IMG/VR virus record: IMGVR_UViG_3300045988_017193
Location: 1-36,515 of that record
Length of the DNA: 36,515 nucleotides
Reading direction: 5' to 3' (one strand)
Source of the DNA: a virus
Below, one piece after another: positions 1 through 7,012 of the stretch; position 1 is the first letter of the stretch; each line of letters starts with the position of its first letter. The notes beneath the pieces were generated by a model. That model was not told where the DNA came from, ran no database searches, and saw nothing but the letters and a program-made list of their open reading frames with translations. Made by a program: the position numbers and the translations under genes.

Positions 1-119
1 CTTTTTTTTGATCAGTGGTCTGCATATATTCACCACGTCCTGCGGCTTTTGGCTGTATGCAGCCCGGCCAATATTTACAATCGTTTCGTCTACTCCGTCT
101 TTATCATATTTCTTGATCA
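1..119. repeat. Terminal direct repeat, copy 1 (identical to 36397..36515)
   Basis: The string cttttttttgatcagtggtctgcatat...catatttcttgatca at the window start matches base for base the string at the window end. Confidence 0.97.
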
Positions 120-234
120 GCGCTTCTTGAACAGCCCTGATCATTGCCGTAAGTTCTCCTACAATTTCCATCGTAGTGCCTTCTACCTCGCAGTCTATTC
201 CTTGTTTGTCATAGTTACATTTCGCTGTTAGCAT
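1..234 (-). CDS. Hypothetical protein. This is the 5' part of an 86-codon ORF that crosses the circular junction and continues 36396->36370.
   Basis: ATG at 234-232 overlaps the stop of the upstream gene (ATGCTAA). The frame is open to base 1. Via the 119-bp overlap it continues to TGA 36372-36370, which overlaps the next ATG. Confidence 0.6.
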   Translation of the reverse strand, partial: MLTAKCNYDKQGIDCEVEGTTMEIVGELTAMIRAVQEALIKKYDKDGVDETIVNIGRAAYSQKPQDVVNICRPLIKKK

Positions 235-563
235 TTTTTCTCTCCTCCTTCGCACGGTGCTGGTAGCGGCGCCCAGACTTTAAAGCATGATTCCGGCTTT
301 ACTATTTGGGCATCGCGCTCATCTTTCACGTCTCCCAGATACGGTTTCGGCAGCGACGCCCAGGCGATTACCTTCATCTCACTCGGCCAGTTGATACCGC
401 CATCTTCACTGTGCACCCACCAACCCCTCTCATCGCAATAGCCCATTGCTATAATCGGTTTGTTGTGAAATCTTCCTTTTTCTTGTATTGTCAGTAGCAC
501 ATCTCCATTATCTTCCGGCAGTTCTTCCTCTGCTAATATCCACTCCACGGTTTGCTTGCTCAT
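228..563 (-). CDS. DUF551-like phage protein (paralog 1) with a second degenerate W-A-P-L-P motif in its C-terminal tail
   Basis: N-terminal EWIL..EELPED and C-terminal VIAWASLPKPY match the DUF551 pattern (W-I-x-x-x-E-x-LP ... AW-x-PLP-x-PY). The tail adds KVWAPLPAP. Confidence 0.75.
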   Translation of the reverse strand: MSKQTVEWILAEEELPEDNGDVLLTIQEKGRFHNKPIIAMGYCDERGWWVHSEDGGINWPSEMKVIAWASLPKPYLGDVKDERDAQIVKPESCFKVWAPLPAPCEGGEKKC

Positions 564-798
564 CTTGTATCTCCTTCACGTTTCCTTTGTACGGTTCTGG
601 CAGCGGCGCCCAGGCGACGACGTTGTACAGCAGTTTCTCCCAGCCCTCGTCGTACACCGCCCAGTCTTTGAATATTGGATTCCACCAGCCCACCAGTACG
701 AACAGATCATCTCCTTCGTCTGGTCTCTGCACTGTTACCAATACATCGTCACTTCCGTCCGGCAGTCCCTCCGTCACCGGGATCCAGTCTACTCTCAT
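508..798 (-). CDS. DUF551-like phage protein (paralog 2)
   Basis: MRVDWIPVTEGLPDG ... VVAWAPLPEPYKG. RBS AGGAGGAAATAAG precedes the ATG. The 3' end overlaps the next gene by 56 nt. Confidence 0.75.
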   Translation of the reverse strand: MRVDWIPVTEGLPDGSDDVLVTVQRPDEGDDLFVLVGWWNPIFKDWAVYDEGWEKLLYNVVAWAPLPEPYKGNVKEIQDEQANRGVDISRGRTAGR

Positions 799-799
799 C

Positions 800-1012
800 T
801 TATTTCCTCCTTACTATGATATAGTCTCCCCAGTTGGTGATGTGTGCCTGGTCGGTGTAGATCACTACGGCTCCACCTTCCCAGCACTCTACCCTTCCGG
901 CTGCGCTACTACATTCTGCCGGGACTGCAGATGCAGCCCCGATTCCTATTCCGATCCACAGGATCGTCAGTGCTGCCACTGCAGCTGCTATGAGCAGGAC
1001 GGCTCGCTTCAT
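800..1012 (-). CDS. Small secreted or membrane-anchored protein (signal/TM segment, 3 Cys)
   Basis: I chose the internal start MKRAVLLIAAAVAALTILWIGIGIG because its ATG forms an ATGA overlap with the stop of the upstream gene at 1009-1012. The N-terminus is hydrophobic. Confidence 0.6.
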   Translation of the reverse strand: MKRAVLLIAAAVAALTILWIGIGIGAASAVPAECSSAAGRVECWEGGAVVIYTDQAHITNWGDYIIVRRK

Positions 1013-1305
1013 TTTGTATCTCCTTTGTACGGCTCCGGCAACGGCATCCATGCTGTGACGTCCACTCCTTCTTCGATTTCGTCAAAACAATTTTCTCCGT
1101 ATTCTCGAAGTATGTCCACGCAAGTTGCCGAACTCCAGTGCCATATTCCTTTGTATAAAACACCTGCTCCTACGAATGGTTTATCTTTTATGTCGGCATA
1201 ATAAGGCTCTGGTTCCCTGTTTAACCATGTAATATTTACTTCTGTGAGATCCTCCGGCAACCTTTCCGTTACCGGGATCCATTCGCCATATTTTTCTTTT
1301 TTCAT
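1009..1305 (-). CDS. DUF551-like phage protein (paralog 3)
   Basis: MKKEKYGEWIPVTERLPED ... VTAWMPLPEPYKG. RBS GGAGGTGTGGA precedes the ATG. Confidence 0.8.
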   Translation of the reverse strand: MKKEKYGEWIPVTERLPEDLTEVNITWLNREPEPYYADIKDKPFVGAGVLYKGIWHWSSATCVDILREYGENCFDEIEEGVDVTAWMPLPEPYKGDTK

Positions 1306-1361
1306 TCCACACCTCCTACCAGTCTAAAATACTTCGGCAAAATTTTTATTTCGTGTTTCAT
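1302..1361 (-). pseudogene. 19-codon remnant resembling the N-terminus of a DUF3850/ASCH-like protein
   Basis: It translates to MKHEIKILPKYFRLVGGVE*. The K-I-x-P-x-Y-F start is typical of DUF3850 proteins, but the ORF stops after 19 codons in an ATGA overlap with the next gene. Confidence 0.3.
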
Positions 1362-1388
1362 TCCAAACGCTCCTCGTTTTTATTCATC
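1356..1388. repeat. 33-bp direct repeat flanking the dcm cassette (downstream copy)
   Basis: tttcattcCAAAcgctcctcgtttttattcatc here versus tttcattcTGCGcgctcctcgtttttattcatc at 2613-2645 (29/33 identical, same orientation). Confidence 0.9.
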
Positions 1389-1392
1389 ATCA

Positions 1393-2544
1393 CTACGCCT
1401 CCAGTCTCTTTGCAATTTCATAAATAACATTCACCGTCACGCTGTTCCCGGCTTGCTTATACAGCTGCGAGTCGCTGTTGACTGCAGCCGCACGGTCGAA
1501 ATATTCATCCGGAAAGCCCTGTAGACGGAAACACTCCCGCGGAGTCAGGCGGCGGATTCGGATTCCATCGGTTGCGAAATTGTTCTGCTGCCACGAGTTT
1601 CCCGTAAGCGTTGGCGCTTCATTATGCATGCCACCTTTGTTGTAGCCTCGCGGTCTCTGAATCACTGCGTACAATCCGGTTTTGGTGCCTCTTCCACCAC
1701 CCTGCGATGAAAGCGTTACGCTGATGCCGCTGGGATCATAAACTCTGTTCCCTTGTGATCCGCCTATCACCTGTTTGCAAGTCGCTTCTCTGACCATGAC
1801 TCCCTGTCTGTCCTGTGCTGTCAGCGTGAACATTTCATCGCCATTTTCCTTAAACCGCCGGCCATTCTGCCGTTTATTCGGTCCGTCCGGAGTCATGACG
1901 GGGATTGCTAATCCTCCCCGCCTCTTTGAGACTCCTTTGTGGCTTGTTGCTGTAAGTGCCGGAACTCCCGGCTCGGTTTCCAGTCGTTTCGAATCAGGTA
2001 CTCCATCGTCGCATCTGATAGGAAATACTTTTCGTCCACTTGCTTCTCTAAGATGTCCAACAATGAACACTCTTTCCCGATTCTGGGGAACCCCAAAATG
2101 CTTGCTGTTAAGCACCTGCCATTCGACATCGTACCCCAGCTCATCCATTGTGGATACGATGACTCCGAAGGTTTGCCCCCCCTCATGATTGAGAAGGCCT
2201 CGGACGTTTTCTGCGAAAAGTAAACGAGGCTTTCGCTCTCTAGCCAGCCGCATGACTTCAAAAAACAGAGTTCCTCTTGTATCTTCGAAGCCTCTTCGCT
2301 TTCCAGCAATGCTGAAAGCCTGGCATGGAAATCCGAAGCAGTAGCAGTCAGCTTCCGGAAGCTCTTCGGGCTCAACTCTTGTAATGTCATTTGCATACCA
2401 TTCACTCTCCTTCACATTGTGCATCGCTCGGTATGATCTGTCGGCAAACTTGTCGACCTCGCAGTGACCTACACAGGTACGGCCTGCCATTTCCATCCCG
2501 AGCCTAAAGCCACCGATTCCAGAGAAGAAATCAAGAAATCTCAT
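1393..2544 (-). CDS. dcm: DNA (cytosine-5)-methyltransferase
   Basis: All canonical C5-MTase motifs are present: FSGIGGF (I), GFPCQAFSIAG (IV), FAENVRGL (VI), QNRERVFIVG (VIII), RRLTPRECFRLQGFPD (IX), GNSVTVNV (X). Start is at MRFLDFF, with RBS AGGAGGTGTGAGGAG upstream. Confidence 0.95.
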   Translation of the reverse strand: MRFLDFFSGIGGFRLGMEMAGRTCVGHCEVDKFADRSYRAMHNVKESEWYANDITRVEPEELPEADCYCFGFPCQAFSIAGKRRGFEDTRGTLFFEVMRLARERKPRLLFAENVRGLLNHEGGQTFGVIVSTMDELGYDVEWQVLNSKHFGVPQNRERVFIVGHLREASGRKVFPIRCDDGVPDSKRLETEPGVPALTATSHKGVSKRRGGLAIPVMTPDGPNKRQNGRRFKENGDEMFTLTAQDRQGVMVREATCKQVIGGSQGNRVYDPSGISVTLSSQGGGRGTKTGLYAVIQRPRGYNKGGMHNEAPTLTGNSWQQNNFATDGIRIRRLTPRECFRLQGFPDEYFDRAAAVNSDSQLYKQAGNSVTVNVIYEIAKRLEA

Positions 2545-2612
2545 CTCCTCACACCTCCTTGATCTTGTAGCCTTCATTTGCCATCATCTACCCATTCGCC
2601 ATGTTTTGCTTC

Positions 2613-2645
2613 TTTCATTCTGCGCGCTCCTCGTTTTTATTCATC
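2613..2645. repeat. 33-bp direct repeat flanking the dcm cassette (upstream copy)
   Basis: See 1356-1388. This copy encodes the C-terminus ..QMNKNEERAE* of the 49-aa ORF. The other copy encodes an orphan MNKNEERLE*. Confidence 0.9.
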
Positions 2646-2764
2646 TGCGCTATGTAGATCTGTGTGGCGCACTGGATTATAGCTTCTTCGTGATTCCCGT
2701 ATCCCCCGTGGAAGGTTCTAATGCACGTCCTTGTTACCATTTTTACTATTTCTTCAAAAGTCAT
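2615..2764 (-). CDS. Hypothetical small protein (49 aa, not in the ORF track)
   Basis: MTFEEIVKMVTRTCIRTFHGGYGNHEEAIIQCATQIYIAQMNKNEERAE. RBS GAGGAGAGAG sits 7 nt upstream. The gene lies 3 nt after the upstream stop. Confidence 0.55.
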   Translation of the reverse strand: MTFEEIVKMVTRTCIRTFHGGYGNHEEAIIQCATQIYIAQMNKNEERAE

Positions 2765-2767
2765 TTC

Positions 2768-3196
2768 TCATCTCTCTCCTCTCAACTCTTTCTCAGTCAC
2801 TTCCAGCAGCTCGCACAGCTTCGCCATCCGTTTTTTCTTCGGAATCGCTTTTCCTCTGCAATAATAGTTAATGTTCGTCGAATCTATCCCTGCGGCCATG
2901 GCAAACTGCCGCTGGCTTTTGTATTTTTTGGCTATCGCAGTTTTTAAGTTTTCCCCAAAGGTCACCCGCGCTTTTTCCTTTGCTTCTTCCGCAGCCTTCT
3001 TTTCTACTGGATCCAGTATCGGCTGGATGCCCGTGCCGGTTCGCTGCCGTTTTCCGGAACGGTACCGGGTGCATCCTACGATCGGACACCCCCGTCGTTT
3101 TCGCGTGATCACCATATAGTCGCACGTGCCTTTGTCCGGTCCTTTATGCGGATGATAGACGCAGTCAGTTCGGGTGCAGCAGTACTTACTCGACAT
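2768..3196 (-). CDS. Cys-rich (zinc-finger-like) N-terminus plus XRE-type HTH protein
   Basis: I chose the start MSSKYCCTRTDCVYH..CDYM..GCPIVGC. The C-terminal SQRQFAMAAGIDSTNINYYCRGKAIP is an XRE-like helix-turn-helix. Confidence 0.7.
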   Translation of the reverse strand: MSSKYCCTRTDCVYHPHKGPDKGTCDYMVITRKRRGCPIVGCTRYRSGKRQRTGTGIQPILDPVEKKAAEEAKEKARVTFGENLKTAIAKKYKSQRQFAMAAGIDSTNINYYCRGKAIPKKKRMAKLCELLEVTEKELRGER

Positions 3197-3680
3197 TTTC
3201 CGAATCCTCCTGGTAGATGACTGGCTTTCCCAAGCTCCGGGCGTATTCCAGTTCATGGCATGCTCCCGGGCTGTCCTGCCAGTTCGATAGCATGTAGATG
3301 GCGTCGCAGATCTGGATCAGCACCTCATCCAGGCGCATGTACTCTGCCCAGGCAAGTTTGTCGCCGTAATCGATGCCGGTCGGCGAGATCGGGATCACGT
3401 CCGGACGGCACAGCTGCCGTTTTGCTTCTTTGAAGTTCTCCGCGATCTCCTGCTCTTCCAGTCCAGTCATTTTCCCGGATATGTATATTCTTTTAGACCT
3501 TGTATCGTCCTGCGGTCCGATAGCCCTCTGGATCCGCCGACGAATGTCTTCGTTTACAGCTTCTTCCCGCAGCATCTTGATGATCTCTTCCAGCATGGCT
3601 TCCTTTTTCAGCCCTGCGAATCTCGGCGTTTTTTCAACCATTTTTTCTAATCGTCTTATTATCCTTTTTTCGTCTATCAT
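3186..3680 (-). CDS. DUF4406 (nucleoside 2-deoxyribosyltransferase-like) family protein
   Basis: RIYISGKMTG ... AWAEYMRLDEVLIQICDAIYMLSNWQDSPGACHELEYARSLGKPV matches the DUF4406 signature. Confidence 0.75.
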   Translation of the reverse strand: MIDEKRIIRRLEKMVEKTPRFAGLKKEAMLEEIIKMLREEAVNEDIRRRIQRAIGPQDDTRSKRIYISGKMTGLEEQEIAENFKEAKRQLCRPDVIPISPTGIDYGDKLAWAEYMRLDEVLIQICDAIYMLSNWQDSPGACHELEYARSLGKPVIYQEDSENVE

Positions 3681-4053
3681 GCTCCTGTCTCAGCAGCCCC
3701 TGCAGGCGGATCACTTCGTTCGTGATCAGGTCCCCGATGTCGGGGCGGTTCGCCCGATAGGCCGCTCTTGCCTCCTTATCTTTTTTCTTGATCGCTTCCT
3801 CGATCAGTTCTATCTTCGTTTTTGTCTGTTTCCGGATCCTGGTGTGCTCTTTTTCACACTCCTGCTGCTGGTTCTTTTTCTGGTTTTCTTCGATCCGCTT
3901 CTGCAAATCCTGGTAGTCCGGATCATCCAGCAGGCAGGATGCGTGCTTGCACTCTTCGTCCGTATCCCGTCCGAAGCACAATACGTTTCGTTTTGGGCAG
4001 AATAAAAAGGAACCATACTTTTCAAATCGTTCTTTTCTGATTTTTTCGTCCAT
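3634..4053 (-). CDS. Hypothetical coiled-coil, K/E-rich protein
   Basis: Start at MDEKIRKERFEKYG, preceded by AGGAGGAAAGGAATC. The sequence is highly charged. Confidence 0.65.
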   Translation of the reverse strand: MDEKIRKERFEKYGSFLFCPKRNVLCFGRDTDEECKHASCLLDDPDYQDLQKRIEENQKKNQQQECEKEHTRIRKQTKTKIELIEEAIKKKDKEARAAYRANRPDIGDLITNEVIRLQGLLRQEHDRRKKDNKTIRKNG

Positions 4054-4070
4054 GATTCCTTTCCTCCTGT

Positions 4071-4466
4071 TTATAAATAGTTCCTGCCTATCAGCATCAT
4101 CCATGCCGATCTGGCTTCCTCATCGCTCGCCCCTTCGGCGATCATCTCTTCCTCGTACTTCGTCTGGTAGTACATCCGCCATTTCCGGTTCTCTATCCTT
4201 GCCCATTCATCGCAGTTTGCGTGCAGTCTCGCGTGGATCTCCGGGCAGACGTCCACCTGGAATCCCAGCTCTATGCTTTTTTGGCGGTTCGGTCCGCCAA
4301 AAATCTCATGGCGCTCGGCACCGGGACGGTCAGTATACCAACATCTCCTTTTCTGTTTATCCTTCCAACCGTTAGATAACAGCTTCTTTTTGGTCGTTTT
4401 CGGTTTTGGGAATGGACAGTTTCGATAATATCCAGCCAAACCATCAGATGTTTTCTCCCTGCTCAT
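4071..4466 (-). CDS. Conserved phage protein with an HNH-like signature (ERHEIFGGxNR...C...H). Function uncertain.
   Basis: It reads ...RRCWYTDRPGAERHEIFGGPNRQKSIELGFQVDVCPEIHARLH.. and ends ..LIGRNYL. The pattern recalls small nuclease-fold proteins of Firmicutes phages, but I cannot assign a family with confidence. Confidence 0.6.
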   Translation of the reverse strand: MSREKTSDGLAGYYRNCPFPKPKTTKKKLLSNGWKDKQKRRCWYTDRPGAERHEIFGGPNRQKSIELGFQVDVCPEIHARLHANCDEWARIENRKWRMYYQTKYEEEMIAEGASDEEARSAWMMLIGRNYL

Positions 4467-4821
4467 ACTTCATGCTCCTTGTTATCTTGATTTTTTCGCC
4501 ACCTTTTATCGTGATCACGGTCCCGTCCACGGAGATCCGCGCCTGCTGGATCTCGCCGTCAACGACCATCTGCCCGATCCGCAGGATCATATTGCACGTC
4601 TCATCCCGCAGTGGGCGAAAGTTCTGCTGCTCGCATCCCGGCGCGATCAGTGCCATCAGTGCGCCGGTCATGTGCTCTTTTCGCTCTGCTATCTGTTGTT
4701 CTCTCTGGTAGCCTCCGCATCCGCAGCCCCTGCTCGCCTGACGATCAGCGTCGCTTTGATTTTCGGCAATGATATTTATTTCCTCGCCGCAGTACCGGCA
4801 TTTTCCAGTAAACGTCCCCAT
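4444..4821 (-). CDS. Hypothetical Cys-rich protein
   Basis: I chose the second ATG (MGTFTGKCRYCGEE..), which sits 6 nt after AGGAGGA. CxxC and CGCGG motifs are present. Confidence 0.65.
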   Translation of the reverse strand: MGTFTGKCRYCGEEINIIAENQSDADRQASRGCGCGGYQREQQIAERKEHMTGALMALIAPGCEQQNFRPLRDETCNMILRIGQMVVDGEIQQARISVDGTVITIKGGEKIKITRSMKYEQGENI

Positions 4822-4963
4822 ATACATTCCTCCTTTTTTCTTTCAGTGATTTTATAATTTCCTCATCGGGCGGTTTCATGCTCCCGGTGAGTGCTCTGGT
4901 GATCCTGGCATTGCGATCATCTTCCCGCTGTGCCAGGAAGTCCTCTTCTGCTCGCCAGTTCAT
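4745..4963 (-). CDS. Hypothetical protein (72 aa)
   Basis: ATGA overlap with the upstream stop at 4960-4963. The 3' end overlaps the next gene by 77 nt. Confidence 0.5.
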   Translation of the reverse strand: MNWRAEEDFLAQREDDRNARITRALTGSMKPPDEEIIKSLKEKRRNVYGDVYWKMPVLRRGNKYHCRKSKRR

Positions 4964-5202
4964 CGCTCGATGACTCGGCCAGATGCTCCGTTCCCGTACA
5001 CCTCTTTAGCAATCTCCAGCATATTCATGCCGTTGCTGTTAGCGTCAGCGTGGATCCGGCGCTCGAATCCGCCCAGGTACCGGATCACGATCCACTCCCT
5101 GCCGTCTTCCTTCTGGTATTCGTTGTTCTCAACGCCAGAGCGGTTGTCAGCTATGACTGCCGCTTTCAGACTAGTTATGAAATCCTTTTTTGAAATATTC
5201 AT
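4960..5202 (-). CDS. Hypothetical protein (80 aa)
   Basis: I chose the internal start MNISKKDFITSLK. The upstream part of the track ORF is Arg/Ser-rich junk and overlaps the previous gene. Confidence 0.55.
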   Translation of the reverse strand: MNISKKDFITSLKAAVIADNRSGVENNEYQKEDGREWIVIRYLGGFERRIHADANSNGMNMLEIAKEVYGNGASGRVIER

Positions 5203-5359
5203 TTTCCTGTTCCTTTTCCTGGATCGGGAGCACGAACGCCAGCAGGATCGGGAGCACCCATTCCGGGCCAATCCCGAACTCGCCGCGGCAGATCCATGCT
5301 CCGCCTATGGTTATGATTGTTGTTGCTGTTAAAATAAGGATTGCTGCAAAGGGTCTCAT
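5171..5359 (-). CDS. Small membrane protein (two hydrophobic segments)
   Basis: MRPFAAILILTATTIITIGGAWI...WVLPILLAFVLPI. Its ATG is in an ATGA overlap with the upstream small ORF. Confidence 0.55.
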   Translation of the reverse strand: MRPFAAILILTATTIITIGGAWICRGEFGIGPEWVLPILLAFVLPIQEKEQENEYFKKGFHN

Positions 5360-5511
5360 GCTGTCGCCCCCTCTTTCTCTTTCCGGGCTTTTTCTTCCGC
5401 CCACTTTCTTTCGACGTATGCCGTCGCTACTTCCACGCAGGCTTTCGTGAATCTCTCCCGGTATCCGGGAGTGAACTCAACCACGACTTTGATTTCTTTC
5501 TTTCTCGCCAT
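5356..5511 (-). CDS. Hypothetical small protein (51 aa, not in the ORF track)
   Basis: MARKKEIKVVVEFTPGYRERFTKACVEVATAYVERKWAEEKARKEKEGATA. RBS CAGGAGGAAAGAAG precedes the ATG. The stop overlaps the next ATG. Confidence 0.55.
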   Translation of the reverse strand: MARKKEIKVVVEFTPGYRERFTKACVEVATAYVERKWAEEKARKEKEGATA

Positions 5512-5644
5512 CTTCTTTCCTCCTGTTCAGGTCGACCATGGCTTTGCCGTAGCCGATCAGTTCGCCCTTTTTCCCCTCGGTCATGTATGGCAGGGCATCA
5601 GCCACCCGTTTCATGACTTCGATATCTCTTGCGTCATTAGTCAC
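5477..5644 (-). CDS. Hypothetical small protein
   Basis: I infer a GTG start (VTNDARDIEVMKR..) 6 nt after GAGGAGGGAG. It overlaps the upstream stop. Confidence 0.45.
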   Translation of the reverse strand: MTNDARDIEVMKRVADALPYMTEGKKGELIGYGKAMVDLNRRKEDGEKERNQSRG

Positions 5645-5966
5645 TGTTCTCCCTCCTCTCATACGGTTCCGTGACTGGCATCCATGCCTCCACGATTTCG
5701 GATGGTCCTACGATCCACTCGCCCCGGAACGTGCGGAGCTGCGCCGTTCGGATGCCACCCTCGTCTATGGTTACCCAGTATTCTCCCGGTGATCCCGGGG
5801 CGGAACTTCTGGCGTCCTGCCATTCATTGTTCCACTTCATGTCCTCAATCTCTTCCGGCGTCATGCCGGTGTCTTCGTATTCCGCCAAGCGATCCATCAC
5901 TTTTCCGACAGCATTTGCATCAATGCTTACCGCCCCATTCCATCCTCTTTCTGTTAATCTTTCCAT
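5637..5966 (-). CDS. DUF551-like protein (paralog 4) with an LAEYEDTGMTPEEI-type N-terminal domain
   Basis: Start at MERLTERGWNG after CAGGAGGAAAAACA. The C-terminus is EAWMPVTEPYE. The N-terminal RLAEYEDTGMTPEEI motif is common in phage proteins fused to DUF551. Confidence 0.7.
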   Translation of the reverse strand: MERLTERGWNGAVSIDANAVGKVMDRLAEYEDTGMTPEEIEDMKWNNEWQDARSSAPGSPGEYWVTIDEGGIRTAQLRTFRGEWIVGPSEIVEAWMPVTEPYERRENSD

Positions 5967-6373
5967 TGTTTTTCCTCCTGTTCTGTGATCCATGCCTCGT
6001 GCGCCTGTGCACATCGCTCTAGGTCGGTGATTTTCTGCAGCATGTTGCTGCGGATCTCACATGCTTTTTGCGCGTATTCGTACAGGCTTCGCAAAGCCTC
6101 TTTGTGCCGTTTTATTGCGTCCGCGGTTCGCCTGTCTGAGTTCTTCTGCTCCTCCGCTATGTCGTCCAGATCGTCCTGCGCCCTTGTCAGTCTGCCGTTC
6201 AGCCCTTCGACTCCCCCTTTCGCCGCGCTTGCGATCCCTTCTGTCTGCTCGATCCGCTTTAAAATCTCGTCCCTGATCTCATTCACTTTTTTGTTCAGCA
6301 TCATCGTGTATGCCGTAACCAGCATCCCCCAAATCAGCACTATTACATCTGTTGCCGTTTCTATAATATTCAT
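5954..6373 (-). CDS. Membrane-anchored coiled-coil protein
   Basis: The N-terminal hydrophobic segment VIVLIWGMLVTAYTMML is followed by a long charged helical region. RBS GGAGGGGAAACA. Confidence 0.7.
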   Translation of the reverse strand: MNIIETATDVIVLIWGMLVTAYTMMLNKKVNEIRDEILKRIEQTEGIASAAKGGVEGLNGRLTRAQDDLDDIAEEQKNSDRRTADAIKRHKEALRSLYEYAQKACEIRSNMLQKITDLERCAQAHEAWITEQEEKQWKD

Positions 6374-6618
6374 TGTTTCCCCTCCATCTGTACTCCATCT
6401 CTATTACTTTCCAGTGCTGTCTTTTTCTTTTTGATCCCGGCGATCATTTCGTCCGCCATCGCTTCACGTCCGACCTTCACGATCATCTCCTTGGCACTGG
6501 CTTCTCCCACTTCATCTTTTGCCATCACATACAGGTTCGTCAGAACCAATGCAGTATCCGCCATGATCTCAACCAGACCTCCTTCTATTTCTGTGATCCC
6601 TTTTTCTGTTTTTATCAT
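6370..6618 (-). CDS. Hypothetical protein (82 aa)
   Basis: Start at MIKTEKGITEIEGG after GGAGGTAAAAAA. There are ATGA overlaps at both ends. Confidence 0.6.
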   Translation of the reverse strand: MIKTEKGITEIEGGLVEIMADTALVLTNLYVMAKDEVGEASAKEMIVKVGREAMADEMIAGIKKKKTALESNRDGVQMEGKQ

Positions 6619-6845
6619 TTTTTTACCTCCGTCGCCCTGTACTCCGTCTCTACTACTTCCCAGTCGGTCGCCAGCAGGTCGCTGGCGCGAAGATCCCACC
6701 GGGGCTGCACCTTGGTCGGCGTGATCATGACCATCGCCGTCTTCTGGCTGTCGGCCGGCATGATCGCATAGCCTTCGCACCAGCCATTTCTGCGTATCTG
6801 GCAGTTTTCAATTCCAGCCACGACTATGGCCTCGTAAATGTTCAT
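6615..6845 (-). CDS. DUF2829 (Tad2-like, Thoeris anti-defence family) candidate
   Basis: MNIYEAIVVAGIENCQIRRNGW ... PRWDLRASDLLATDWEVVE follows the DUF2829 pattern (f-x-eA-x..G..i-R-x-gW ... W-x-p-x..DLLA-x-DWev). Strong RBS AAGGAGGGG. Confidence 0.55.
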   Translation of the reverse strand: MNIYEAIVVAGIENCQIRRNGWCEGYAIMPADSQKTAMVMITPTKVQPRWDLRASDLLATDWEVVETEYRATEVKK

Positions 6846-7012
6846 AATTTGATCCCCTCCTTATCCGCCAGCAGCAGGCGGCCGACCTTCGTGATCGTGC
6901 CATATGTGCCGACTCCGTATCTTTTCACCAGCTCTTTTCTGGTGATCTCTCCGACCACCTCCCATGTGTCGGGGTCTACCAGTTGGTAGACTTTCTCTGG
7001 TTTCGTTTTCAT
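6842..7012 (-). CDS. Hypothetical small protein (56 aa)
   Basis: Start at MKTKPEKVYQLVDP after GGAGGGAAGAATC. The stop overlaps the next ATG. Confidence 0.55.
   Translation of the reverse strand: MKTKPEKVYQLVDPDTWEVVGEITRKELVKRYGVGTYGTITKVGRLLLADKEGIKL

Noticed and set aside
1-119. The terminal repeat as a biological element (DTR, LTR or IS end)
   Set aside because: The repeat lies inside a continuous coding frame and there is no transposase or inverted-repeat structure. An exact k-mer-sized overlap is the usual signature of a circular assembly. It is kept as a finding only for genome completeness.
488-1201. A 237-aa plus-strand ORF spanning the DUF551 cluster
   Set aside because: It crosses four minus-strand genes that have strong RBSs, ATGA couplings and recognisable motifs. 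Its own product is Ser/Pro-rich with no start context.
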